The position numbers and the translations under genes are program-made. 64,000 bases of DNA from Auanema rhodensis (Eukaryota; Animalia; Nematoda). The notes below the pieces were generated by a model. That model did no database searches and was not told where the DNA came from. It saw nothing but the letters and a program-made list of their open reading frames with translations. Of the stretch, positions 40,001 through 55,000 are shown piece after piece; position 1 is the first letter of the stretch; every line of letters begins with the position of its first letter. The stretch covers positions 16,926,001 through 16,990,000 of the forward strand of contig OZ059900.1 in assembly GCA_964057225.1 (NCBI GenBank), written 5' to 3'.

Positions 40001-43000
40001 CCAGTTTTTGGAAATTTCGCTGTAAACAAGGTTTTGACTTACGATTTCATGTGTTCAAACTCATGCAATGTCAATGAAACCTAGCTCAAAATTGTTCGTA
40101 CAACGTCTAGTTCCACTTTCACGACAAAAAAACAGGGGTTAGAAAATTAAGGAAATTAGCATATTCTGAGGGCACGCCCTTTATGGCTAATATTGATTAA
40201 ATCGATTTTTGTTCATATGAGTCGTCAAATGCAACGAATTTCAGCGTGTTACATACTAAAATGAAGCATTTTACATGCTGAACACTAGAAAAATACAAAA
40301 ACACAGTATTTCCCATGAGAAATATTTTATTATGCTGGAAAACCAGTTTTTGGAAATTTCGCTGTAAACAAGGTTTTGACTTACGATTTCATGTGTTCAA
40401 ACTCATGCAATGTCAATGAAACCTAGCTCAAAATTGTTCGTACAACGTCTAGTTCCACTTTCACGACTAAAAAACAGGGGTTAGAAAATTAAGGAAATTA
40501 GCATATTCTGAGGGCACGCCCCTTATGGCTAATATTGATTAAATCGATTTTTGTTCATATGAGTCGTCAAATGCAACGAATTTCAGCGTGTTACATACTA
40601 AAATGAAGCATTTCACATGCTGAACACTAGAAAAATACAAAAACACAGTATTTCCCATGAGAAATATTTTATTATGCTGGAAAACCAGTTTTTGGAAATT
40701 TCGCTGTAAACAAGGTTTTGACTTACGATTTCATGTGTTCAAACTCATGCAATGTCAATGAAACCTAGCTCAAAATTGTTCGTACAACGTCTGGTTCCAC
40801 TTTCACGACTAAAAAAAAACAGGGGTTAGAAAATTAAGGAAATTAGCATATTCTGAGGGCACGCCCCTTATGGCTAATATTGATTAAATCGATTTTTGTT
40901 CATATGAGTCGTCAAATGCAACGAATTTCAGCGTGTTACATACTAAAATGAAGCATTTTACATGCTGAACACTAGAAAAATACAAAAACACAGTATTTCC
41001 CATGAGAAATATTTTATTATGCTGGAAAACCAGTTTTTGGAAATTTCGCTGTAAACAAGGTTTTGACTTACGATTTCATGTGTTCAAACTCATGCAATGT
41101 CAATGAAACCTAGCTCAAAATTGTTCGTACAACGTCTAGTTCCACTTTCACGACAAAAAAACAGGGGTTAGAAAATTAAGGAAATTAGCATATTCTGAGG
41201 GCACGCCCCTTATGGCTAATATTGATTAAATCGATTTTTGTTCATATGAGTCGTCAAATGCAACGAATTTCAGCGTGTTACATACTAAAATGAAGCATTT
41301 TACATGCTGAACACTAGAAAAATACAAAAACACAGTATTTCCCATGAGAAATATTTTATTATGCTGGAAAACCAGTTTTTGGAAATTTCGCTGTAAACAA
41401 GGTTTTGACTTACGATTTCATGTGTTCAAACTCATGCAATGTCAATGAAACCTAGCTCAAAATTGTTCGTACAACGTCTAGTTCCACTTTCACTACTAAA
41501 AAACAGGGGTTAGAAAATTAAGGAAATTAGCATATTCTGAGGGCACGCCCCTTATGGCTAATATTGATTAAATCGATTTTTGTTCATATGAGTCGTCAAA
41601 TGCAACGAATTTCAGCGTGTTACATACTAAAATGAAGCATTTCACATGCTGAACACTAGAAAAATACAAAAACACAGTATTTCCCATGAGAAATATTTTA
41701 TTATGCTGGAAAACCAGTTTTTGGAAATTTCGCTGTAAACAAGGTTTTGACTTACGATTTCATGTGTTCAAACTCATGCAATGTCAATGAAACCTAGCTC
41801 AAAATTGTTCGTACAACGTCTGGTTCCACTTTCACGACTAAAAAAAAACAGGGGTTAGAAAATTAAGGAAATTAGCATATTCTGAGGGCACGCCCCTTAT
41901 GGCTAATATTGATTAAATCGATTTTTGTTCATATGAGTCGTCAAATGCAACGAATTTCAGCGTGTTACATACTAAAATGAAGCATTTTACATGCTGAACA
42001 CTAGAAAAATACAAAAACACAGTATTTCCCATGAGAAATATTTTATTATGCTGGAAAACCAGTTTTTGGAAATTTCGCTGTAAACAAGGTTTTGACTTAC
42101 GATTTCATGTGTTCAAACTCATGCAATGTCAATGAAACCTAGCTCAAAATTGTTCGTACAACGTCTAGTTCCACTTTCACGACAAAAAAACAGGGGTTAG
42201 AAAATTAAGGAAATTAGCATATTCTGAGGGCACGCCCCTTATGGCTAATATTGATTAAATCGATTTTTGTTCATATGAGTCGTCAAATGCAACGAATTTC
42301 AGCGTGTTACATACTAAAATGAAGCATTTTACATGCTGAACACTAGAAAAATACAAAAACACAGTAATACCCATGAGAAATATTTTATTATGCTGGAAAA
42401 CCAGTTTTTGGAAATTTCGCTGTAAACAAGGATTTGACTTACGATTTCATGTGTTCAAACTCATGCAATGTCAATGAAACCTAGCTCAAAATTGTTAATA
42501 CAATGTCTAGTTCCACTTTCACGACAAAAAAACAGGGGTTAGAAAATTAAGGAAATTAGCATATTCTGAGGGCACGCCCTTTATGGCTAATATTGATTAA
42601 ATCGATTTTTGTTCATATGAGTCGTCAAATGCAACGAATTTCAGCGTGTTACATACTAAAATGAAGCATTTTACATGCTGAACACTAGAAAAATACAAAA
42701 ACACAGTATTTCCCATGAGAAATATTTTATTATGCTGGAAAACCAGTTTTTGGAAATTTCGCTGTAAACAAGGTTTTGACTTACGATTTCATGTGTTCAA
42801 ACTCATGCAATGTCAATGAAACCTAGCTCAAAATTGTTAATACAATGTCTAGTTCCACTTTCACGACAAAAAAACAGGGGTTAGAAAATTAAGGAAATTA
42901 GCATATTCTGAGGGCACGCCCTTTATGGCTAATATTGATTAAATCGATTTTTGTTCATATGAGTCGTCAAATGCAACGAATTTCAGCGTGTTACATACTA

Positions 43001-46000
43001 AAATGAAGCATTTTACATGCTGAACACTAGAAAAATACAAAAACACAGTATTTCCCATGAGAAATATTTTATTATGCTGGAAAACCAGTTTTTGGAAATT
43101 TCGCTGTAAACAAGGTTTTGACTTACGATTTCATGTGTTCAAACTCATGCAATGTCAATGAAACCTAGCTCAAAATTGTTCGTACAACGTCTAGTTCCAC
43201 TTTCACGACTAAAAAACAGGGGTTAGAAAATTAAGGAAATTAGCATATTCTGAGGGCACGCCCCTTATGGCTAATATTGATTAAATCGATTTTTGTTCAT
43301 ATGAGTCGTCAAATGCAACGAATTTCAGCGTGTTACATACTAAAATGAAGCATTTTACATGCTGAACACTAGAAAAATACAAAAACACAGTATTTCCCAT
43401 GAGAAATATTTTATTATGCTGGAAAACCAGTTTTTGGAAATTTCGCTGTAAACAAGGTTTTGACTTACGATTTCATGTGTTCAAACTCATGCAATGTCAA
43501 TGAAACCTAGCTCAAAATTGTTCGTACAACGTCTAGTTCCACTTTCACGACAAAAAAACAGGGGTTAGAAAATTAAGGAAATTAGCATATTCTGAGGGCA
43601 CGCCCCTTATGGCTAATATTGATTAAATCGATTTTTGTTCATATGAGTCGTCAAATGCAACGAATTTCAGCGTGTTACATACTAAAATGAAGCATTTTAC
43701 ATGCTGAACAGTAGAAAAATACAAAAACACAGTAATACCCATGAGAAATATTTTATTATGCTGGAAAACCAGTTTTTGGAAATTTCGCTGTAAACAAGGT
43801 TTTGACTTACGATTTCATGTGTTCAAACTCATGCAATGTTAATGAAACCTAGCTCAAAATTGTTCGTACAACGTCTAGTTCCACTTTCACGACAAAAAAA
43901 CAGGGGTTAGAAAATTAAGGAAATTAGCATATTCTGAGGGCACGCCCCTTATGGCTAATATTGATTAAATCGATTTTTGTTCATATGAGTCGTCAAATGC
44001 AACGAATTTCAGCGTGTTACATACTAAAATGAAGCATTTTACATGCTGAACACTAGAAAAATACAAAAACACAGTATTTCCCATGAGAAATATTTTATTA
44101 TGCTGGAAAACCAGTTTTTGGAAATTTCGCTGTAAACAAGGTTTTGACTTACGATTTCATGTGTTCAAACTCATGCAATGTCAATGAAACCTAGCTCAAA
44201 ATTGTTCGTACAACGTCTAGTTCCACTTTCACGACAAAAAAACAGGGGTTAGAAAATTAAGGAAATTAGCATATTCTGAGGGCACGCCCCTTATGGCTAA
44301 TATTGATTAAATCGATTTTTGTTCATATGAGTCGTCAAATGCAACGAATTTCAGCGTGTTACATACTAAAATGAAGCATTTTACATGCTGAACAGTAGAA
44401 AAATACAAAAACACAGTAATACCCATGAGAAATATTTTATTATGCTGGAAAACCAGTTTTTGGAAATTTCGCTGTAAACAAGGTTTTGACTTACGATTTC
44501 ATGTGTTCAAACTCATGCAATGTCAATGAAACCTAGCTCAAAATTGTTAATACAATGTCTAGTTCCACTTTCACGACAAAAAAACAGGGGTTAGAAAATT
44601 AAGGAAATTAGCATATTCTGAGGGCACGCCCTTTATGGCTAATATTGATTAAATCGATTTTTGTTCATATGAGTCGTCAAATGCAACGAATTTCAGCGTG
44701 TTACATACTAAAATGAAGCATTTTACATGCTGAACACTAGAAAAATACAAAAACACAGTATTTCCCATGAGAAATATTTTATTATGCTGGAAAACCAGTT
44801 TTTGGAAATTTCGCTGTAAACAAGGTTTTGACTTACGATTTCATGTGTTCAAACTCATGCAATGTCAATGAAACCTAGCTCAAAATTGTTCGTACAACGT
44901 CTAGTTCCACTTTCACGACTAAAAAACAGGGGTTAGAAAATTAAGGAAATTAGCATATTCTGAGGGCACGCCCCTTATGGCTAATATTGATTAAATCGAT
45001 TTTTGTTCATATGAGTCGTCAAATGCAACGAATTTCAGCGTGTTACATACTAAAATGAAGCATTTCACATGCTGAACACTAGAAAAATACAAAAACACAG
45101 TATTTCCCATGAGAAATATTTTATTATGCTGGAAAACCAGTTTTTGGAAATTTCGCTGTAAACAAGGTTTTGACTTACGATTTCATGTGTTCAAACTCAT
45201 GCAATGTCAATGAAACCTAGCTCAAAATTGTTCGTACAACGTCTGGTTCCACTTTCACGACAAAAAAACAGGGGTTAGAAAATTAAGGAAATTAGCATAT
45301 TCTGAGGGCACGCCCCTTATGGCTAATATTGATTAAATCGATTTTTGTTCATATGAGTCGTCAAATGCAACGAATTTCAGCGTGTTACATACTAAAATGA
45401 AGCATTTTACATGCTGAACACTAGAAAAATACAAAAACACAGTATTTCCCATGAGAAATATTTTATTATGCTGGAAAACCAGTTTTTGGAAATTTCGCTG
45501 TAAACAAGGTTTTGACTTACGATTTCATGTGTTCAAACTCATGCAATGTCAATGAAACCTAGCTCAAAATTGTTCGTACAACGTCTAGTTCCACTTTCAC
45601 GACAAAAAAACAGGGGTTAGAAAATTAAGGAAATTAGCATATTCTGAGGGCACGCCCCTTATGGCTAATATTGATTAAATCGATTTTTGTTCATATGAGT
45701 CGTCAAATGCAACGAATTTCAGCGTGTTACATACTAAAATGAAGCATTTTACATGCTGAACACTAGAAAAATACAAAAACACAGTAATACCCATGAGAAA
45801 TATTTTATTATGCTGGAAAACCAGTTTTTGGAAATTTCGCTGTAAACAAGGTTTTGACTTACGATTTCATGTGTTCAAACTCATGCAATGTCAATGAAAC
45901 CTAGCTCAAAATTGTTAATACAATGTCTAGTTCCACTTTCACGACAAAAAAACAGGGGTTAGAAAATTAAGGAAATTAGCATATTCTGAGGGCACGCCCT

Positions 46001-49000
46001 TTATGGCTAATATTGATTAAATCGATTTTTGTTCATATGAGTCGTCAAATGCAACGAATTTCAGCGTGTTACATACTAAAATGAAGCATTTTACATGCTG
46101 AACACTAGAAAAATACAAAAACACAGTATTTCCCATGAGAAATATTTTATTATGCTGGAAAACCAGTTTTTGGAAATTTCGCTGTAAACAAGGTTTTGAC
46201 TTACGATTTCATGTGTTCAAACTCATGCAATGTCAATGAAACCTAGCTCAAAATTGTTCGTACAACGTCTAGTTCCACTTTCACGACTAAAAAACAGGGG
46301 TTAGAAAATTAAGGAAATTAGCATATTCTGAGGGCACGCCCCTTATGGCTAATATTGATTAAATCGATTTTTGTTCATATGAGTCGTCAAATGCAACGAA
46401 TTTCAGCGTGTTACATACTAAAATGAAGCATTTTACATGCTGAACACTAGAAAAATACAAAAACACAGTATTTCCCATGAGAAATATTTTATTATGCTGG
46501 AAAACCAGTTTTTGGAAATTTCGCTGTAAACAAGGTTTTGACTTACGATTTCATGTGTTCAAACTCATGCAATGTCAATGAAACCCAGCTCAAAATTGTT
46601 CGTACAACGTCTAGTTCCACTTTCACGACAAAAAAACAGGGGTTAGAAAATTAAGGAAATTAGCATATTCTGAGGGCACGCCCCTTATGGCTAATATTGA
46701 TTAAATCGATTTTTGTTCATATGAGTCGTCAAATGCAACGAATTTCAGCGTGTTACATACTAAAATGAAGCATTTTACATGCTGAACACTAGAAAAATAC
46801 AAAAACACAGTATTTCTCATGAGAAATATTTTATTATGCTGGAAAACCAGTTTTTGGAAATTTCGCTGTAAACAAGGTTTTGACTTACGATTTCATGTGT
46901 TCAAACTCATGCAATGTCAATGAAACCCAGCTCAAAATTGTTCGTACAACGTCTAGTTCCACTTTCACGACAAAAAAACAGGGGTTAGAAAATTAAGGAA
47001 ATTAGCATATTCTGAGGGCACGCCCCTTATGGCTAATATTGATTAAATCGATTTTTGTTCATATGAGTCGTCAAATGCAACGAATTTCAGCGTGTTACAT
47101 ACTAAAATGAAGCATTTTACATGCTGAACACTAGAAAAATACAAAAACACAGTATTTCCCATGAGAAAAATTTTATTATGCTGGAAAACCAGTTTTTGGA
47201 AATTTCGCTGTAAACAAGGTTTTGACTTACGATTTCATGTGTTCAAACTCATGCAATGTCAATGAAACCTAGCTCAAAATTGTTCGTACAACGTCTAGTT
47301 CCACTTTCACGACAAAAAAACAGGGGTTAGAAAATTAAGGAAATTAGCATATTCTGAGGGCACGCCCCTTATGGCTAATATTGATTAAATCGATTTTTGT
47401 TCATATGAGTCGTCAAATGCAACGAATTTCAGCGTGTTACATACTAAAATGAAGCATTTCACATGCTGAACACTAGAAAAATACAAAAACACAGTAATAC
47501 CCATGAGAAATATTTTATTATGCTGGAAAACCAGTTTTTGGAAATTTCGCTGTAAACAAGGTTTTGACTTACGATTTCATGTGTTCAAACTCATGCAATG
47601 TCAATGAAACCTAGCTCAAAATTGTTCGTACAACGTCTAGTTCCACTTTCACGACAAAAAAACAGGGGTTAGAAAATTAAGGAAATTAGCATATTCTGAG
47701 GGCACGCCCCTTATGGCTAATATTGATTAAATCGATTTTTGTTCATATGAGTCGTCAAATGCAACGAATTTCAGCGTGTTACATACTAAAATGAAGCATT
47801 TTACATGCTGAACACTAGAAAAATACAAAAACACAGTATTTCTCATGAGAAATATTTTATTATGCTGGAAAACCAGTTTTTGGAAATTTCGCTGTAAACA
47901 AGGTTTTGACTTACGATTTCATGTGTTCAAACTCATGCAATGTCAATGAAACCCAGCTCAAAATTGTTCGTACAACGTCTAGTTCCACTTTCACGACAAA
48001 AAAACAGGGGTTAGAAAATTAAGGAAATTAGCATATTCTGAGGGCACGCCCCTTATGGCTAATATTGATTAAATCGATTTTTGTTCATATGAGTCGTCAA
48101 ATGCAACGAATTTCAGCGTGTTACATACTAAAATGAAGCATTTTACATGCTGAACACTAGAAAAATACAAAAACACAGTATTTCCCATGAGAAATATTTT
48201 ATTATGCTGGAAAACCAGTTTTTGGAAATTTCGCTGTAAACAAGGTTTTGACTTACGATTTCATGTGTTCAAACTCATGCAATGTCAATGAATCCTAGCT
48301 CAAAATTGTTCGTACAACGTCTAGTTCCACTTTCACGACAAAAAAACAGGGGTTAGAAAATTAAGGAAATTAGCATATTCTGAGGGCACGCCCCTTATGG
48401 CTAATATTGATTAAATCGATTTTTGTTCATATGAGTCGTCAAATGCAACGAATTTCAGCGTGTTACATACTAAAATGAAGCATTTCACATGCTGAACACT
48501 AGAAAAATACAAAAACACAGTAATACCCATGAGAAATATTTTATTATGCTGGAAAACCAGTTTTTGGAAATTTCGCTGTAAACAAGGTTTTGACTTACGA
48601 TTTCATGTGTTCAAACTCATGCAATGTCAATGAAACCTAGCTCAAAATTGTTCGTACAACGTCTAGTTCCACTTTCACGACAAAAAAACAGGGGTTAGAA
48701 AATTAAGGAAATTAGCATATTCTGAGGGCACGCCCCTTATGGCTAATATTGATTAAATCGATTTTTGTTCATATGATTCGTCAAATGCAACGAATTTCAG
48801 CGTGTTACATACTAAAATGAACCATTTTACATGCTGAACACTAGAAAAATACAAAAACACAGTAATACCCATGAGAAATATTTTATTATGCTGGAAAACC
48901 AGTTTTTGGAAATTTCGCTGTAAACAAGGTTTTGACTTACGATTTCATGTGTTCAAACTCATGCAATGTCAATGAAACCTAGCTCAAAATTGTTAATACA

Positions 49001-52000
49001 ATGTCTAGTTCCACTTTCACGACAAAAAAACAGGGGTTAGAAAATTAAGGAAATTAGCATATTCTGAGGGCACGCCCTTTATGGCTAATATTGATTAAAT
49101 CGATTTTTGTTCATATGAGTCGTCAAATGCAACGAATTTCAGCGTGTTACATACTAAAATGAAGCATTTTACATGCTGAACACTAGAAAAATACAAAAAC
49201 ACAGTATTTCCCATGAGAAATATTTTATTATGCTGGAAAACCAGTTTTTGGAAATTTCGCTGTAAACAAGGTTTTGACTTACGATTTCATGTGTTCAAAC
49301 TCATGCAATGTCAATGAAACCTAGCTCAAAATTGTTCGTACAACGTCTAGTTCCACTTTCACGACTAAAAAACAGGGGTTAGAAAATTAAGGAAATTAGC
49401 ATATTCTGAGGGCACGCCCCTTATGGCTAATATTGATTAAATCGATTTTTGTTCATATGAGTCGTCAAATGCAACGAATTTCAGCGTGTTACATACTAAA
49501 ATGAAGCATTTTACATGCTGAACACTAGAAAAATACAAAAACACAGTATTTCCCATGAGAAATATTTTATTATGCTGGAAAACCAGTTTTTGGAAATTTC
49601 GCTGTAAACAAGGTTTTGACTTACGATTTCATGTGTTCAAACTCATGCAATGTCAATGAATCCTAGCTCAAAATTGTTCGTACAACGTCTAGTTCCACTT
49701 TCACGACAAAAAAACAGGGGTTAGAAAATTAAGGAAATTAGCATATTCTGAGGGCACGCCCCTTATGGCTAATATTGATTAAATCGATTTTTGTTCATAT
49801 GAGTCGTCAAATGCAACGAATTTCAGCGTGTTACATACTAAAATGAAGCATTTCACATGCTGAACACTAGAAAAATACAAAAACACAGTAATACCCATGA
49901 GAAATATTTTATTATGCTGGAAAACCAGTTTTTGGAAATTTCGCTGTAAACAAGGTTTTGACTTACGATTTCATGTGTTCAAACTCATGCAATGTCAATG
50001 AAACCTAGCTCAAAATTGTTCGTACAACGTCTAGTTCCACTTTCACGACAAAAAAACAGGGGTTAGAAAATTAAGGAAATTAGCATATTCTGAGGGCACG
50101 CCCCTTATGGCTAATATTGATTAAATCGATTTTTGTTCATATGAGTCGTCAAATGCAACGAATTTCAGCGTGTTACATACTAAAATGAAGCATTTCACAT
50201 GCTGAACACTAGAAAAATACAAAAACACAGTAATACCCATGAGAAATATTTTATTATGCTGGAAAACCAGTTTTTGGAAATTTCGCTGTAAACAAGGTTT
50301 TGACTTACGATTTCATGTGTTCAAACTCATGCAATGTCAATGAAACCTAGCTCAAAATTGTTCGTACAACGTCTAGTTCCACTTTCACGACAAAAAAACA
50401 GGGGTTAGAAAATTAAGGAAATTAGCATATTCTGAGGGCACGCCCCTTATGGCTAATATTGATTAAATCGATTTTTGTTCATATGATTCGTCAAATGCAA
50501 CGAATTTCAGCGTGTTACATACTAAAATGAACCATTTTACATGCTGAACACTAGAAAAATACAAAAACACAGTAATACCCATGAGAAATATTTTATTATG
50601 CTGGAAAACCAGTTTTTGGAAATTTCGCTGTAAACAAGGTTTTGACTTACGATTTCATGTGTTCAAACTCATGCAATGTCAATGAAACCTAGCTCAAAAT
50701 TGTTAATACAATGTCTAGTTCCACTTTCACGACAAAAAAACAGGGGTTAGAAAATTAAGGAAATTAGCATATTCTGAGGGCACGCCCTTTATGGCTAATA
50801 TTGATTAAATCGATTTTTGTTCATATGAGTCGTCAAATGCAACGAATTTCAGCGTGTTACATACTAAAATGAAGCATTTTACATGCTGAACACTAGAAAA
50901 ATACAAAAACACAGTATTTCCCATGAGAAATATTTTATTATGCTGGAAAACCAGTTTTTGGAAATTTCGCTGTAAACTAGGTTTTGACTTACGATTTCAT
51001 GTGTTCAAACTCATGCAATGTCAATGAAACCTAGCTCAAAATTGTTCGTACAACGTCTAGTTCCACTTTCACGACTAAAAAACAGGGGTTAGAAAATTAA
51101 GGAAATTAGCATATTCTGAGGGCACGCCCCTTATGGCTAATATTGATTAAATCGATTTTTGTTCATATGAGTCGTCAAATGCAACGAATTTCAGCGTGTT
51201 ACATACTAAAATGAAGCATTTTACATGCTGAACACTAGAAAAATACAAAAACACAGTATTTCCCATGAGAAATATTTTATTATGCTGGAAAACCAGTTTT
51301 TGGAAATTTCGCTGTAAACAAGGTTTTGACTTACGATTTCATGTGTTCAAACTCATGCAATGTCAATGAAACCCAGCTCAAAATTGTTCGTACAACGTCT
51401 AGTTCCACTTTCACGACAAAAAAACAGGGGTTAGAAAATTAAGGAAATTAGCATATACTGAGGGCACGCCCCTTATGGCTAATATTGATTAAATCGATTT
51501 TTGTTCATATGAGTCGTCAAATGCAACGAATTTCAGCGTGTTACATACTTAAATGAAGCATTTTACATGCTGAACACTAGAAAAATACAAAAACACAGTA
51601 TTTCCCATGAGAAATATTTTATTATGCTGGAAAACCAGTTTTTGGAAATTTCGCTGTAAACAAGGTTTTGACTTACGATTTCATGTGTTCAAACTCATGC
51701 AATGTCAATGAAACCTAGCTCAAAATTGTTCGTACAACGTCTAGTTCCACTTTCACGACAAAAAAACAGGGGTTAGAAAATTAAGGAAATTAGCATATTC
51801 TGAGGGCACGCCCCTTATGGCTAATATTGATTAAATCGATTTTTGTTCATATGATTCGTCAAATGCAACGAATTTCAGCGTGTTACATACTAAAATGAAC
51901 CATTTTACATGCTGAACACTAGAAAAATACAAAAACACAGTAATACCCATGAGAAATATTTTATTATGCTGGAAAACCAGTTTTTGGAAATTTCGCTGTA

Positions 52001-55000
52001 AACAAGGTTTTGACTTACGATTTCATGTGTTCAAACTCATGCAATGTCAATGAAACCTAGCTCAAAATTGTTAATACAATGTCTAGTTCCACTTTCACGA
52101 CAAAAAAACAGGGGTTAGAAAATTAAGGAAATTAGCATATTCTGAGGGCACGCCCTTTATGGCTAATATTGATTAAATCGATTTTTGTTCATATGAGTCG
52201 TCAAATGCAACGAATTTCAGCGTGTTACATACTAAAATGAAGCATTTTACATGCTGAACACTAGAAAAATACAAAAACACAGTATTTCCCATGAGAAATA
52301 TTTTATTATGCTGGAAAACCAGTTTTTGGAAATTTCGCTGTAAACAAGGTTTTGACTTACGATTTCATGTGTTCAAACTCATGCAATGTCAATGAAACCT
52401 AGCTCAAAATTGTTCGTACAACGTCTAGTTCCACTTTCACGACTAAAAAACAGGGGTTAGAAAATTAAGGAAATTAGCATATTCTGAGGGCACGCCCCTT
52501 ATGGCTAATATTGATTAAATCGATTTTTGTTCATATGAGTCGTCAAATGCAACGAATTTCAGCGTGTTACATACTAAAATGAAGCATTTTACATGCTGAA
52601 CACTAGAAAAATACAAAAACACAGTATTTCCCATGAGAAATATTTTATTATGCTGGAAAACCAGTTTTTGGAAATTTCGCTGTAAACAAGGTTTTGACTT
52701 ACGATTTCATGTGTTCAAACTCATGCAATGTCAATGAAACCCAGCTCAAAATTGTTCGTACAACGTCTAGTTCCACTTTCACGACAAAAAAACAGGGGTT
52801 AGAAAATTAAGGAAATTAGCATATACTGAGGGCACGCCCCTTATGGCTAATATTGATTAAATCGATTTTTGTTCATATGAGTCGTCAAATGCAACGAATT
52901 TCAGCGTGTTACATACTTAAATGAAGCATTTTACATGCTGAACACTAGAAAAATACAAAAACACAGTATTTCCCATGAGAAATATTTTATTATGCTGGAA
53001 AACCAGTTTTTGGAAATTTCGCTGTAAACAAGGTTTTGACTTACGATTTCATGTGTTCAAACTCATGCAATGTCAATGAAACCTAGCTCAAAATTGTTCC
53101 TACAACGTCTAGTTCCACTTTCACGACAAAAAAACAGGGGTTAGAAAATTAAGGAAATTAGCATATTCTGAGGGCACGCCCTTTATGGCTAATATTGATT
53201 AAATCGATTTTTGTTCATATGAGTCGTCAAATGCAACGAATTTCAGCGTGTTACATACTAAAATGAAGCATTTTACATGCTGAACACTAGAAAAATACAA
53301 AAACACAGTATTTCTCATGAGAAATATTTTATTATGCTGGAAAACCAGTTTTTGGAAATTTCGCTGTAAACAAGGTTTTGACTTACGATTTCATGTGTTC
53401 AAACTCATGCAATGTCAATGAAACCCAGCTCAAAATTGTTCGTACAACGTCTAGTTCCACTTTCACGACAAAAAAACAGGGGTTAGAAAATTAAGGAAAT
53501 TAGCATATTCTGAGGGCACGCCCCTTATGGCTAATATTGATTAAATCGATTTTTGTTCATATGAGTCGTCAAATGCAACGAATTTCAGCGTGTTACATAC
53601 TAAAATGAAGCATTTTACATGCTGAACACTAGAAAAATACAAAAACACAGTATTTCCCATGAGAAATATTTTATTATGCTGGAAAACCAGTTTTTGGAAA
53701 TTTCGCTGTAAACAAGGTTTTGACTTACGATTTCATGTGTTCAAACTCATGCAATGTCAATGAAACCTAGCTCAAAATTGTTCGTACAACGTCTAGTTCC
53801 ACTTTCACGACAAAAAAACAGGGGTTAGAAAATTAAGGAAATTAGCATATTCTGAGGGCACGCCCCTTATGGCTAATATTGATTAAATCGATTTTTGTTC
53901 ATATGAGTCGTCAAATGCAACGAATTTCAGCGTGTTACATACTAAAATGAAGCATTTCACATGCTGAACACTAGAAAAATACAAAAACACAGTAATACCC
54001 ATGAGAAATATTTTATTATGCTGGAAAACCAGTTTTTGGAAATTTCGCTGTAAACAAGGTTTTGACTTACGATTTCATGTGTTCAAACTCATGCAATGTC
54101 AATGAAACCTAGCTCAAAATTGTTCGTACAACGTCTAGTTCCACTTTCACGACAAAAAAACAGGGGTTAGAAAATTAAGGAAATTAGCATATTCTGAGGG
54201 CACGCCCCTTATGGCTAATATTGATTAAATCGATTTTTGTTCATATGATTCGTCAAATGCAACGAATTTCAGCGTGTTACATACTAAAATGAACCATTTT
54301 ACATGCTGAACACTAGAAAAATACAAAAACACAGTAATACCCATGAGAAATATTTTATTATGCTGGAAAACCAGTTTTTGGAAATTTCGCTGTAAACAAG
54401 GTTTTGACTTACGATTTCATGTGTTCAAACTCATGCAATGTCAATGAAACCTAGCTCAAAATTGTTAATACAATGTCTAGTTCCACTTTCACGACAAAAA
54501 AACAGGGGTTAGAAAATTAAGGAAATTAGCATATTCTGAGGGCACGCCCTTTATGGCTAATATTGATTAAATCGATTTTTGTTCATATGAGTCGTCAAAT
54601 GCAACGAATTTCAGCGTGTTACATACTAAAATGAAGCATTTTACATGCTGAACACTAGAAAAATACAAAAACACAGTATTTCCCATGAGAAATATTTTAT
54701 TATGCTGGAAAACCAGTTTTTGGAAATTTCGCTGTAAACAAGGTTTTGACTTACGATTTCATGTGTTCAAACTCATGCAATGTCAATGAAACCTAGCTCA
54801 AAATTGTTCGTACAACGTCTAGTTCCACTTTCACGACTAAAAAACAGGGGTTAGAAAATTAAGGAAATTAGCATATTCTGAGGGCACGCCCCTTATGGCT
54901 AATATTGATTAAATCGATTTTTGTTCATATGAGTCGTCAAATGCAACGAATTTCAGCGTGTTACATACTAAAATGAAGCATTTTACATGCTGAACACTAG

